A stretch of 64,000 nucleotides of DNA, taken from NCBI GenBank assembly GCA_020137815.1, contig CM035350.1:5332001-5396000 (forward strand), given 5' to 3'. A model generated the notes under the pieces. That model was not told the origin of the DNA. It searched no databases and saw nothing but the letters and a program-made list of their open reading frames with translations. Positions 35,956 to 63,533 of the stretch are shown here, in pieces. Every line of letters begins with the position of its first letter. Within the stretch, counting starts at the first letter, position 1. The stretch comes from Hormiphora californensis. Lineage: Eukaryota > Animalia > Ctenophora. Position numbers and translations under genes: made by a program.

Positions 35956-38900
35956 TTAAGTTATGTCGTGTAAGGCTTTCCAGAGATGGTCTTTCAGTCT
36001 AGAGGAAAATAAATGGTGTTCAGCTGTATTTCTCAGTTCTTTAGGAAGTAAGTTCCACTCAAGGTGGCAGCGATAAAAGTAACAGTTTTTGAACAGGTCT
36101 ACTCTGGGTTGTTCGGTACATATAATGTCCGTACTGTCTCGTTTTGTTTGTTGTCTGGTGGCACGTCTGTCATGTAATTCCGGATTGTATTTTTGTAGGA
36201 AAGATGGGAGTTTTATAGGAGACGTCTCATAGAATATTTTATGGAACAATTTAAGATCATTATATTGAAATTTTTGAGTCATTGGGAGTACGTCAATCTC
36301 CCTGAGTTTCTTTATATACGTATCTAAACTATAACTGGTATCTGTTTCACCGAATATCCATTTTGTGGCACGTTTCTGGAGTCGTTCAAACTTAAGCAGA
36401 CTTGACTCACTTTGTGGACGCCATATTTGGCTACAGTGTTCGAACAAAGATCTAACTAGACTAATGTAGAGGTTCTTCTTTTTAAGGGGACATTTAACTA
36501 ATACGCCTACACGCTTCACCAGTCCTAATCTTTGAGAAGCTTTGGAAACAACATTTTTCTGGTGTTCGATTGGCGACAACTTGTGATTAGTTGAGACTCC
36601 TAGATCAACTTCATTTTCACATAATTTGATTTCATCTCTGCCTAGGTGATAATTTAATTGACGTTGTTTAATAATTTTAGTACACCTAAGCAGCTTACAC
36701 TTTTTAGGATGGAATATCATTTTATTATCCTTTGCCCATTCCACTAAACTATCGATGTCGGGCTGCAAACTATCTTCTTCACTATTTATAACCCGCCAAA
36801 TTTTCAGATCATCTGCATATAGCCTAATTTTAGTTAGATCATCTTCTCTTAAAACATTAACAATATCATTTATGAATAACACAAACAAGAAAGGGCCTAG
36901 TATTGATCCTTGTGGAACTCCACTCCTAACCTCTACCCATTCTGAAAAATCCCCATCTAACACAACCCTCTGTTGCCTACCAGATAAATAATTCATTAGG
37001 AAACGCAACATCTTACCTCCTAAATTAAACTCATTTTTCAGCTTATTTATTATTACATCATGAGATACACTATCAAATGCTTTCTGAAAGTCAAAGTAAA
37101 CTATATCAGTTTGATTTCGGTTATTTATGTTCAACGCTAATTCACAATTAAACTCAATCAGTTGTGACGTACATGATTTCAAGGGTACAAAACCATGCTG
37201 GTAGGGAGTTATTTTTTCTAGACAGGCTTTATACAGGCGTTCTCTTACTAATTTCTCAAAAACTTTCATAACAAGGCAAGTCAGGGATATAGGCCTATAA
37301 TTCTCAACGCATGATCGTTCCCCTTTCTTGTAAACTGGGACAACGTTCGCGGTTTTCCATTCTGTTGGTATACATCCCTCTGAGTATGATTTATTAAATA
37401 TAAGGGTGAGTGGATAAGCTAGGGATTTATGACATTTCTTAAGTACAACACCGTCAATATTATCTGGACCTGTTGCTTTTGACGCATCCAACTTTTTTAG
37501 AATCTTTAGAATCTCATCAAATCTAAATATCTCAGAGTTAAAATCATTAGTGTGATCTCTATCAATATCAACAGTTTCTTTGTAGGTGCTAGATTCAGTG
37601 AATTGATTACAGAAAAATTCATTGAACATTTCACATTTACGACGACTCGAAGAGCTAAATTTATTATTAAAGTATACTCTCTCAGGAATTCTAGTGCTAT
37701 TCGTTTTGGACTTTACGTGTTTGAAAAATTTCTTTGATACATTAGCATTTGGTGTAAGTTCATCTATAGAGGAAAGCTCGAGAAAGGATGTTTCTTTCTC
37801 TATTGCTAGTGTTCTGTATTGATGTTCTTTGAGTTCGTATTCCTCTTTAGCAACAATACTATCTATATTTTTCAAGAAGGCTTTTCTAGAGTTATCGAAC
37901 GATTTCTTAAGTTGGCGTAGTTCTTCATCATACCAAGGTGGCTGTGATCCAATTTTTACATTGACTAATGGTACATTATGACGTAGTGCAATGTCTAACC
38001 TAGACTTAAAGACTTGTAGGGACTGCTCTGCTGATCAGCAGAGCAGTCCCTACAAGTCTTTAAGTCTAGGTTAGACATTGCACTACGTCATAATGTACCA
38101 TTAGTCAATGTCTGTCGACAGATCCTTGAACTGTCCTAACCAGTCAATTCCTAAAAGCTCTTCATTTAGAGAGTCCCAATCAGCTTTTCTATAGGAGAAT
38201 TTCTTACAATTTTTATACTTAGGGCGTGATTTTTTGAAATTTATCTCACATTTTAGTGTAAGATGGTCCGACTTTACAAGACTATTCTCTTCGAGCAAAA
38301 CATTAGAATAAGTAGTTTCTATGTTAGTAAGTATTAAGTCGAGAATATTTCCATCCCTATGCGTTGGTACATTAACTAGAGATTTTAGGCCTAGAGATAA
38401 AAATAAATTGATAAAACTCTCATGAGTACTATTATTTGACACTGGGACGTCCCAGTTATCCACCGAACTTAGGTTTAGATCCCCTATAATAGTGAGATTC
38501 TTAAACTTCTTGGCAAGATTAGTATAGTAACGTTCCGCCTCTTTGAAGTGTTCCGATCCAGAATAATCATATCTATAAAATGTCGAGATACAAATGGGTG
38601 CTATATTTTTATGCTTTAGAAGAATAGTAACTATTGGTAAATCGGTCTTCGTTTTAACTAACTCTGTCTCAACTCCAATATTGTTTTTACATAGTATTAA
38701 AACTCCTCCACCTCCTTTTTTACTAAAAGTTTTCATATCCTTCTCAGTGCGGTCTTTTCTAAATATAGAGTAATATTTATCTGATATAAGTTCCCCTTCA
38801 CTAATATATTTATTCAGCCAAGTTTCATTTAAAACAACGATATCGGGCGAGTAGGTGAATAAGTATGCTTTTAGATCCCTAAGTTTAGAGGCCTGAAATT

Positions 38901-39453
38901 CAGGCTGATCCCCACCTATTGTGTGCATCTTTATCAGACCGTTAACATTACAATACACTAAGTTCAACTTTTTATCAGGCCCTGGATTAATGATGTCAGG
39001 ATGGCTTCTCAGTAGTAGCATTTTCGCTAACGACATAACAAACATAACAAGTATAGTATATCTGCATCTGACTTTGAACAAATTAATGCCTGCAATCCTA
39101 AACTTTTTATAACATCGATATGCATACTTACTATATCTCATACCTTTGACTAAGAAGAGGAATAGGACACAATTAGCATACCAAATATATGATGAGTTTA
39201 GATCAAAAGACACAAGTTGGCCTTCTTTTCTGAACTTGACGGGTGGAGGGGTACTCCTGAGCATTATTCCTAAAAGAGCTATCATTAGAATTGTGTAACA
39301 AATATATATGAGGAAATGATAGATTAGTATGTCTGTCGTTTCATTGTATTGTCTTTTGTTATTGTCGGTGTTGTCAATTTTTATCCTTTTCCCCCCAGCC
39401 AGACCCCCCGCAAAACCCCCAATAGCTTTTCTGTATTGTTCGACACTGATCAT
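35956..39453 (-). pseudogene. LINE ORF2 (hydrophobic leader + APE endonuclease + RT), disrupted by an inverted duplication at 37958-38111
   Basis: APE: YCNVNGL, LNETWL, GGGVL, GDLNL, ILDLIL, SDH. RT: YRPISL, FDFQKAFD, SGVPQGSILGP, YADD; CR1-like C-terminus YFYR...WNLLP. The frame resumes as SAEQSLQVFK...PPWYDEE below the palindrome centre. Confidence 0.93.
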
Positions 39454-39581
39454 TGAATGGGAATGGGTTTAGGGTTCAGGAATGGGTTAACAAATGGGGA
39501 AATTGGGGGACAATGATGAAAACTCGGCCCCCAAACCCCAGAGAATTGTTATCATTAAATTTCATATTATAAATCAAGATA

Positions 39582-41042
39582 TCAGTTAAAAACTAACTCC
39601 TCATACATAATCTCATTTAACACATTGTACCCATTACTGTTGAGGTGTACTCCGTCCTCCGAAAATAAAACACTATTAAAATTAAGTTCATTATTTAAAA
39701 ACTCAATTGTCCAATCCGAAACTACACAATTCAAAGACCTTCCTACACTCATCACAATACGATTGAACATGAACACGTTACTCGCTATCCAACCACTATC
39801 AGGTCTGAGAGGGATAACCGTAGCGAGAACGATCTCGGTATCCTCCCCAAACCTTCTCTTAACCTCCCTAACTAAATCTACATATGCCTTATACACACTC
39901 CCTTTTCCCTTACTCGACCTTACAAACCCTCCCCAATATCTGATGTCATTGGTCCCAAACGCCAAAATAACCTTATTAACCTCTAGACATGGGTGCGTTA
40001 CTTCCAGTCCTTTCAACATATCCATAGCCAAACTCCCCCTCCAGTTCTCATTCGGCCTACAAAGTCTCGCCCCTGAAATCGAGATGTTCACTAGCGCCGG
40101 GTCCTCGTGGATCCACTTCGTCATACTGGTTCCTAGTAGAAGTGTCCTTGGTGTCAGTCTGGGGTTCGGCAGTGTTGGTGTTGGTAGAAGGGGCGATCTG
40201 GTAGGGAGTACAGAGTTCTCTTCCTGATACCCATCTACGGCAGGCGGCGAGGTTGGCGACAAAGTCATCTGTGATGCTGGAGCTTCCACCCGAGACGGGT
40301 GTACTGCGAACTGGGGCACCTTCTGGGACTTAGCTGGGGTTGGTGCAGGTGGAGTTGGTTCTGGAGGCGATGTTTTGTGCCTCTTCCTAAAAGACAGGGC
40401 ATATCTCACGCCATGCTCAACCTTTTGCGCACGGTGCTTAAAGTGCTCTTGGCACCCTGGCTTCATGGTGTACGCCTCACCATCCTTAGTGGTTATAGAC
40501 AGCTTAGGCCGCATCCTGCCATCTCCAAGGTAGGGAATGAAATCTACAGCACCGTCGTTGCCGACGGTCACGACGGTGATGGGTGAGTTGTCCACCAGCG
40601 AAGTCTCGAAATCTGAGTGGTATCCCACGCCGTCCCCTTTTCTGTATCTAGTGACTAGGCAGGAGTTAAACTCAGTCCCTTGTTCCTTGTTAATCCTCCC
40701 CATCAGGTTATCGATGTTCGGGTATTTAGCTATGTCCTTGGGTGCCAGGTCCACATTGGCCCACCCGTAGGGACACCCAGTGTTAGTTAGCCAGGTATTC
40801 TTGCCAGTTAATCCTCCTACTTCCCATTTCATCATCTCGAGGTCCTCATCAGAAACATATCTCCCGTGGTGGGTAACAAACTGATTCGGATCCTTTTCTG
40901 GTACTCCATCTCTCTTACGCCTCTCTAGCTCCTTTTGTACAATCTGTATAATCCTCTCCAACACGGGCGATGATACCCTGGTAAAGACTTCCTCTAGAGG
41001 TGTGTTGTCTAGAATCATGTTGGAGGCGTTGTTAACAACCAT
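39582..41042 (-). CDS. LINE ORF1: short coiled coil + AlkB-family 2OG-Fe(II) dioxygenase + Pro-rich linker + SGNH/GDSL esterase (486 aa)
   Basis: FNSCLVTRY (N126/Y133), H142-S-D144, H203, R213-YALSF-R219; esterase blocks LLGTS306, G324, GTN365D, D463GVH466. Confidence 0.9.
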   Translation of the reverse strand: MVVNNASNMILDNTPLEEVFTRVSSPVLERIIQIVQKELERRKRDGVPEKDPNQFVTHHGRYVSDEDLEMMKWEVGGLTGKNTWLTNTGCPYGWANVDLAPKDIAKYPNIDNLMGRINKEQGTEFNSCLVTRYRKGDGVGYHSDFETSLVDNSPITVVTVGNDGAVDFIPYLGDGRMRPKLSITTKDGEAYTMKPGCQEHFKHRAQKVEHGVRYALSFRKRHKTSPPEPTPPAPTPAKSQKVPQFAVHPSRVEAPASQMTLSPTSPPAVDGYQEENSVLPTRSPLLPTPTLPNPRLTPRTLLLGTSMTKWIHEDPALVNISISGARLCRPNENWRGSLAMDMLKGLEVTHPCLEVNKVILAFGTNDIRYWGGFVRSSKGKGSVYKAYVDLVREVKRRFGEDTEIVLATVIPLRPDSGWIASNVFMFNRIVMSVGRSLNCVVSDWTIEFLNNELNFNSVLFSEDGVHLNSNGYNVLNEIMYEELVFN

Positions 41043-41819
41043 TCCTAAAACTCCATGGCTAAAACAGGCTGTTAATCCAAGAACATTGCGTCCTCAAATT
41101 AATTTGTTTAAAGTAGTGCCGAAAAGCCCAAACGCTGGAGGAAGCCCAAACGCTGGAGGAAGCCCAAACGCTGGCCAAAATCAAGGCATGTCCGATTGTC
41201 TGGGTTCGAGAAAACGTAAGTATAGTGGACATGTTTTGTAGACTACTTGATCATTGATTTCTACAAAAAATAGGCTACAAAATCTCAAAACACATGTTTG
41301 AAAAAATTCAAATTCACACCCTATTTTTGCAAAACATAATCTTTTCCCTTAAATAGCTGGTGGGTGATATTGACGCAGTGAGGCAGTCCTGGTTTGAGGG
41401 TACCCTACCTAAGGCCAAGTATGATATGATTCTTGCTGCAGCTGCTAAGGATATGGTAGCACATACCTCCCAGTCCAATACTCTGGTCGTGTTTTCTAAG
41501 ACACCTTGTCCACCCTGCACAGAGGTCAAGGTGAGCACTGAGAAGATGGGAAATATATAATATGGAACTTTGTAGACAGCTGCCAATAGAATTGGTTGCA
41601 CTGTCAGACCTCGTATCGCTGACCGGTCAACCCCCCCCAGATAATGTTTGAGGATGCGGGTTTCACCAAGGAGCAGACCAATATAATTACGATCAGTGGA
41701 TGGCCCTCGATGGACGCCATCCAGGAACACTGCAGAGAGCTCACTGGAGAGAGGTGGGCCCCCAGAGTGTGGATAAACGGAAAGGTATCACATAGTAGTT
41801 TCCCAAACATTACAATAAC

Positions 41820-41971
41820 TGTTTGTTGGGATGATATCTCCTTCCGGCTTGATCAATCAGGGACAAAATGAAAAACGGTGTTTTATTAACGTTATTATCC
41901 GTTAATAAAACACCGTTTTTCATTTTGTCCCTGATTGATCAAGCCGGAAGGAGATATCATCCCAACAAACA
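41820..41971. repeat. Inverted repeat, ~72-bp arms with 8-bp spacer, in intron 4 of glutaredoxin copy B
   Basis: TGTTTGTTGGGATGATATC...ATTAACG TTATTATC CGTTAAT...GATATCATCCCAACAAACA; no counterpart in copy A intron 4. Confidence 0.9.
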
Positions 41972-42868
41972 ATTATCATGCGGCTCATAAACAATTATCC
42001 GATACTTATCCTGTATTACAATAACTGCTATGACATAATGAGAACCCAAAACATACATCAGTATGGGGTATTATCAAGAATATTTTCCCAATATTTTCTA
42101 TTATTAGGCGATGGGAGGACACAAAGAGATCAAGCCAATGTTTGAAGATGAAAGCCTACACGAGCTAGCTGAGAGCCTGGCAGGAAAGAGTGGTCCTATC
42201 TCCAAATAAAGAGAGGTTTCAGATTCCCCAGATTGTTAATAACTTTCCAGCTTCCAAATGTGATAGACCATTATATTAATTTTGACAGATGTCTGGAAAA
42301 TCGGAGAAATCATTTTTATTGGGTTGATGTAAAATAAAAGGTTTTATTAATTTACAGTTATGACTACACAATGTAAAAACGTGTAACTATTTACAATCAA
42401 GGACAGCTAAAGATGTTGACTCATCTCGTTATTACGCAGCCTAGTGGATGTGTGTGTCAATTGTGATATAATGCGTCATGAGAGTACTATCCTATATCGC
42501 ATATACATAAGACCATATTATATCATAGGTTGTGTCGGTGAGAATAATAAAAGCAACGAATCAAATTGTTCTGGCAAGTGTGATGACAGTACGTGATCAT
42601 GCAGTGCACATTTTACACAGTGCCATTGCACATGAGACACTGGCATATAATGTCCCTCCATATCCCATCGGTCGCGGGGCGAGATAACTTTTCGACGCGT
42701 AGTACGTGCTTTATGCGTCCTCTCTGAGGAAAAATACAAGGGATAATAAGGATAGATAGTACACACAAAGGATAGTACTATCATAGAATCCTTTGTTAAG
42801 TGAGGGGGAAGAACAAAGAATCCTAGCTTTGTTGAAACATCTCCCTACCTCTCTCTCAGTGATGAGTG

Positions 42869-59159
<16,291 letters not shown>

Positions 59160-60069
59160 TCTATAAAGACATCCTATGGGGTTTGTCATGTTGGAGATAC
59201 AAATATAATGATTCCCTCCGACCAGGTTTGAAGTCCTAGAGCCTGGAGGAAAATCTTGGGTGGGCGCACATGAAGGAGGCCCCAGGCCTGCAGCGCTTTT
59301 TAGGGCGCCGTTACGATATGGGTGTTTACAAGTGCACGCTGCCAAAGAATCACCCTGCTCTAAATGGCTTTAACCACTCAACCAGGGACGTCGCTGGGAC
59401 TGCGGCCCAGCGCGTACCTGTGCGTCCAGGGGTCTTGGGCGACAGCCCGGGTCAGGGGCGTGGGGGGTGAAACCCCCACATGCGGGGCCCAGGGGCGCGG
59501 CCGTTTTATGCTAATTTTGACAATCCGAAAGCGCCGCCTGAAAGACGAGATTGAACGGAAAAGAAATTCAGAGAAAATTTAAAACTTTTTACTGACAACT
59601 TCAAAAAAATCCGACTTTAAAATTTCGCGCGCGAAAGTAAGACGCGCAAATAAATTACGCGCATTAGGTTCCCTCTAAAGTACCACTGCGAACCCAATAT
59701 TTTTACACTTACCGCAATCGATGTAAAATCCATTCCCGAAAACCTTCGATTCTATAATCAGTGGCCCCTTTAGGCAGTAACGAAAGAATAATTCACTTAA
59801 TTGGGTTGTGTAAAACATAATGAAGGAAGCTATTTACATATCTAACATGTTTTATACATAAACTTAAAGCGTTACGAAAACATAACGACTATTACATAAT
59901 AATATTTGTATATACACATAGGTCTTGTTGTTGTCAAAAAATACACAAATAAAAAACACATACAAGTCTTGTCTTTCTCGTTTGACAGGTAACCCTCCCT
60001 AACTATAACATATCTCTTCTGCAGTCCTCAGTTAGTTGACTACAGTAGTAACTATACAGCAACACTTCT

Positions 60070-63000
60070 CTATTTAATGTCACATAACAGCGCCACACCC
60101 CTCATAACCCACTTTTCCTCATTTACAGCCCCATGCCTCAAATTCACACTCGCAATATAGGTAAGATCTGTTCTCCGGGGCTTCTTATATATTGGGCACT
60201 CATACACCTTGCCATCACTAACGGGCGGCGTGTTCTCAGCGAATATCCGGATCACTGGGAGGGGTGTGAAGAGGACTTTTGGAGGAGGTTCCACTAGTCG
60301 GCTGTTCCTCCTGTCCCATCCAGCCCCGTCCAGGAATAGCCCGTGTACAAAGACACCCTCTGGGGGTGGCGAGGTGATGTCATCTTTTGTATACTTAGTC
60401 ATCTCGTTGTTCAGGACAACTTGGTCGAGGGCCCAGCCCTTGTGTCCTCGAGTCACTTCCTGTCTCATCGCGGTCAAGAAGCCCTGTGGGAAAGGGAAGT
60501 GTTAGAAAACATTTGAAAAGGATCAGGGGAGTGTTAAAGGAGCTGTAGGAGTGGAGCTAGGAGTTAAACACATGGAAACACTTACCTGAGGGTTAAAGAA
60601 TCCAGTCATCCAGAAGACGTTAGGTCGACCTGTAAAGCACCAAGAGTGGAACTGACTGTTCCTCTCGATGAGCTCTGTAAACCAGAACCCGATGGTGCTA
60701 CTATCCCAACTCAATTTGGTCCAAGAAGGGGGAACTTTGGCATCGTATATGCTATCCAGAGCCTCCCTAAGTTTCTCACTCATGATGATAGTGCCCTCGA
60801 TGGCCAGTTTTAGGTCCGTTAGAGTGGTCCTGACACACAAGATGACCCTCTGCATGCGATCCAACTCCTGCTTTAGGAATATGTTCATGGAGGAAAGTGC
60901 CCCCATTTCATTGATCCTCTCCCTAACTTCGTGAGGTATATAGTCGGGGGGTAACTTAGATAACATGTCATCAGCCATCCTCTGAACAAAGGTCTCCCTT
61001 GTCTCACCCAACCCTGCACTACTCTCCTTCGGCTGGATGTTCAGCACGGTATCGAGGATGTCCCTGGCTGTCTTGCTTTGGTAGGTTATGTTCGCATTGG
61101 GGTGAAGTCCAAACACTTCCGGGGAGTCAACGGGGGGTAACTTTTCAATGAAGTCAAGGTACTGCTGGACGGTTTTACAGACGGGTATGGTGTAGGGTTT
61201 CCCGGGGTCCCCGCCACCACTGGCCCAGAAGAACTGGAAGCCAGGCTGGAACATGTCCTCCTTAAACCAAGCCTTGCAGAACATCTTCAGTAGTCTCTTG
61301 TCCATGTCGTCAGTGACCCTGCCCCCGTATTGCACCTCCCCAATCATGTACCTCACCGTAGCTCCAATTGACCCCATGTCGGGGGTCCATGTCATCCAGA
61401 TGATTCTGTACAAACTGGATAGAGGCAGTGAGGTCCGCCTGGTTGAACTCGTAGGGGATGTTCCAGCCGAGAGGTCCAAACTTCCTTCTCTCCTGGACGA
61501 CAGTGTGCAACATGGCTACCGGTGTACAACATGGGCTTCCACTGGGGCATGTTCGTGATGTCCAGTTGGTCCTGTGTGATGCCATTGTAGGTCCTCTTTA
61601 CCCCCGCTTTGACCCCTTGGGGCGGCTCGTTGGTATACTTGAGGCCAATTTGAAGGAGGTTTATGGGGAACTGTGTGTGACACTCAGTTGTTGCCCATAA
61701 TCTGAAACTCTCGTGAACGGGATTGGGTGGCTCCGTGATGGTTGCCAGGAGCTCCTCCATGAAGTTGAGACCCAGATGGCAGTTCTGGAGTAATACCCAC
61801 CCACCCTGGGACATGGAATTCTGGAGGAGTCGCCGGGCATGGATCTCCTGGCCCTGGCCCATGGAGACAGCCTTACAGTCCACCTTGAATTTCTTAGCCA
61901 GACTGTCTATTTGGGCAGTAGGGTCACTTCCCATGGATAGGAAACAGATGAGCGGGGTTGCGGGATCGCTTTCACCCCACATAGTGTGGAAATCAAGGAT
62001 TACCTCCATCGGCAAACTTCTGGCCCAGGGCATCAACCACGAACTTGCGGGCCTGGGCGATCGGTTCTATCTGGACACCAGGATCTGATTAGAAGGAGCC
62101 TTTTAAAGACGTCTAGTGAGTTCTGGTATCCGTCAGGTATTATCCCTTCCTCCGGTGCATCACCGTCATACCACTGCTTCCAGGTCTTCTCATTACGGCT
62201 GAGAGGGGGGGGGGGCTGGTTAGAACGGGGGCTTAGAGGGAGATTAGATAGAGGGATAGGGAGATTAGATAGGGGGAATAGAACGGGGGCTAAGAGGGAG
62301 GGGGCTGGTCATATCTGCTGAATGCTGATGCTAAGTCACATAATGTGAGAAGTTTTATCAAAATCAGAGAAGGTGAGTTTGCTTATCGACTCTACTAACA
62401 AGTATTCCAGAATTAATCAAAAACCCCGGATGATCTGCGGGGCATACCTGACTTGCGAGAGAATTTCAGAGAACTGTGGTATTTTAGAGAGTTCCACCAA
62501 GTTCAGCCATGTCATGTCCGATATCCAGTTGCTCTTGGGTTTTGGAGGACACGCCTTTAGATCCAAGGCAGCACCACCTGTACAACAGCGGGGATTTAGG
62601 ATCTTCGTAGATATGAAAATCTACCTTGATTAGGTGCATGTCATTTTCCTATGTTCTAACCTCCATTTTATTTGGGCGGGGCTCGGGAACCGGGGTCGAG
62701 CAAGTGTTATTAGTACTGGTGATGTATCCTGCCTACTCATGAAGCACTAATTTACATTTAGTTTAGATCTAAAACAGGAACCGACCGAATCCTTTACATT
62801 TTATTTGGGCGGGGCTCGGGAACCGGGGTCGAGCAAGGCAAGTGTTATAGTACTGGTGATGTATCCTGCCTTGAAGCACTAATTTACACTTAGTTTAGAT
62901 CTAAAACAGGAACCGACCGAATCAGGAAATACCGGTCCCTGATTGGCTGATAACCAGTCACGTGACCTAAATAACGCGTTCTGATTGGTTGTTTACTTGT

Positions 63001-63221
63001 TTCGGTCGGTTCCTGATCTAAAAACATACCCTTGATGAAGGTCATGAACTCATTAGGTTTGATCCTGTTGCACTGGAGACAAATCTTTAGAGTGAGGAGC
63101 AGGGTATAGAGGAACTTGTGCTCCTCGTATAGCCCTCTAATCTGATACTTCCACACCTCGTAGGTCAGGTAGTCGATAATGTTCTGGATTCGCTTCGAGG
63201 TAATGGGCGACTTTTCCGACC
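60070..63221 (-). CDS. Axonemal dynein heavy chain (DNAH5/8-like), 3' exons; the gene continues beyond the window
   Basis: [71 protein letters not shown]|GFLTAMRQE, terminal [14 protein letters not shown]. Three apparent 1-bp insertions (~62005, ~61520, ~61362). Confidence 0.95.
62907..63015. mobile_element. hAT-type MITE in a dynein intron
   Basis: 8-bp TSD ATCTAAAA; TIR CAGGAACCGACCGAA; the adjacent ~130-bp tandem duplication (~62665-62922) includes its left end. Confidence 0.9.
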
Positions 63222-63470
63222 TGGGGAAGAGAGAGAGGGTATAACATGGCAATGGAGGCACAATTTAGTTTATAAAATATTATATCCAAATATTAAATCC
63301 AACTTAGTTTCGCTTAGTTTGCTCCCCGAAAAATGTTTCAACTTGTCATTTTGGAAGGGGGCACTTGCACTAGGGGCAGCATTAAGAATCAATCAATATT
63401 CAATATGACAGTCTCCTGTCTCGAGGAAGGGGAGATAAGAGTTAGAGAGAAAGAGAGAGGGAGAGAGAGC

Positions 63471-63533
<63 letters not shown>

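Larger units (their letters stand above)
35472..41124 (-). mobile_element. Nearly full-length CR1-group non-LTR retrotransposon (ORF1 AlkB+esterase; ORF2 APE+RT)
   Basis: Two-ORF layout; (AATCA)-type tandem 3' tail at 35472-35491; host exon sequence at both ends; no clean TSD. Confidence 0.93.
35213..42209 (+). pseudogene. Glutaredoxin-like copy B, exon 2 interrupted by a 5.65-kb LINE
   Basis: Exons 35213-35315, 35428-35471 // ~41155-41215, 41357-41530, 41641-41784, 42108-42209 mirror copy A (FSKTPCPPC, APRVWINGK). Exon 2 is split at ..VEPV / EEAQTLAK. Confidence 0.9.

Noticed and set aside
39582-41042. Reading the AlkB-esterase ORF as a host ALKBH gene or bacterial contaminant
   Set aside because: It is intronless, 128 nt upstream of and co-directional with LINE ORF2, and lies inside the insertion that splits a host exon.
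42518-42784. Possible piggyBac C-terminal Cys-rich remnant (RWDMEGHYMP..CVKC..CFYYSH)
   Set aside because: Short, frameshifted, no matching pair of TTAA termini found; too weak to call.
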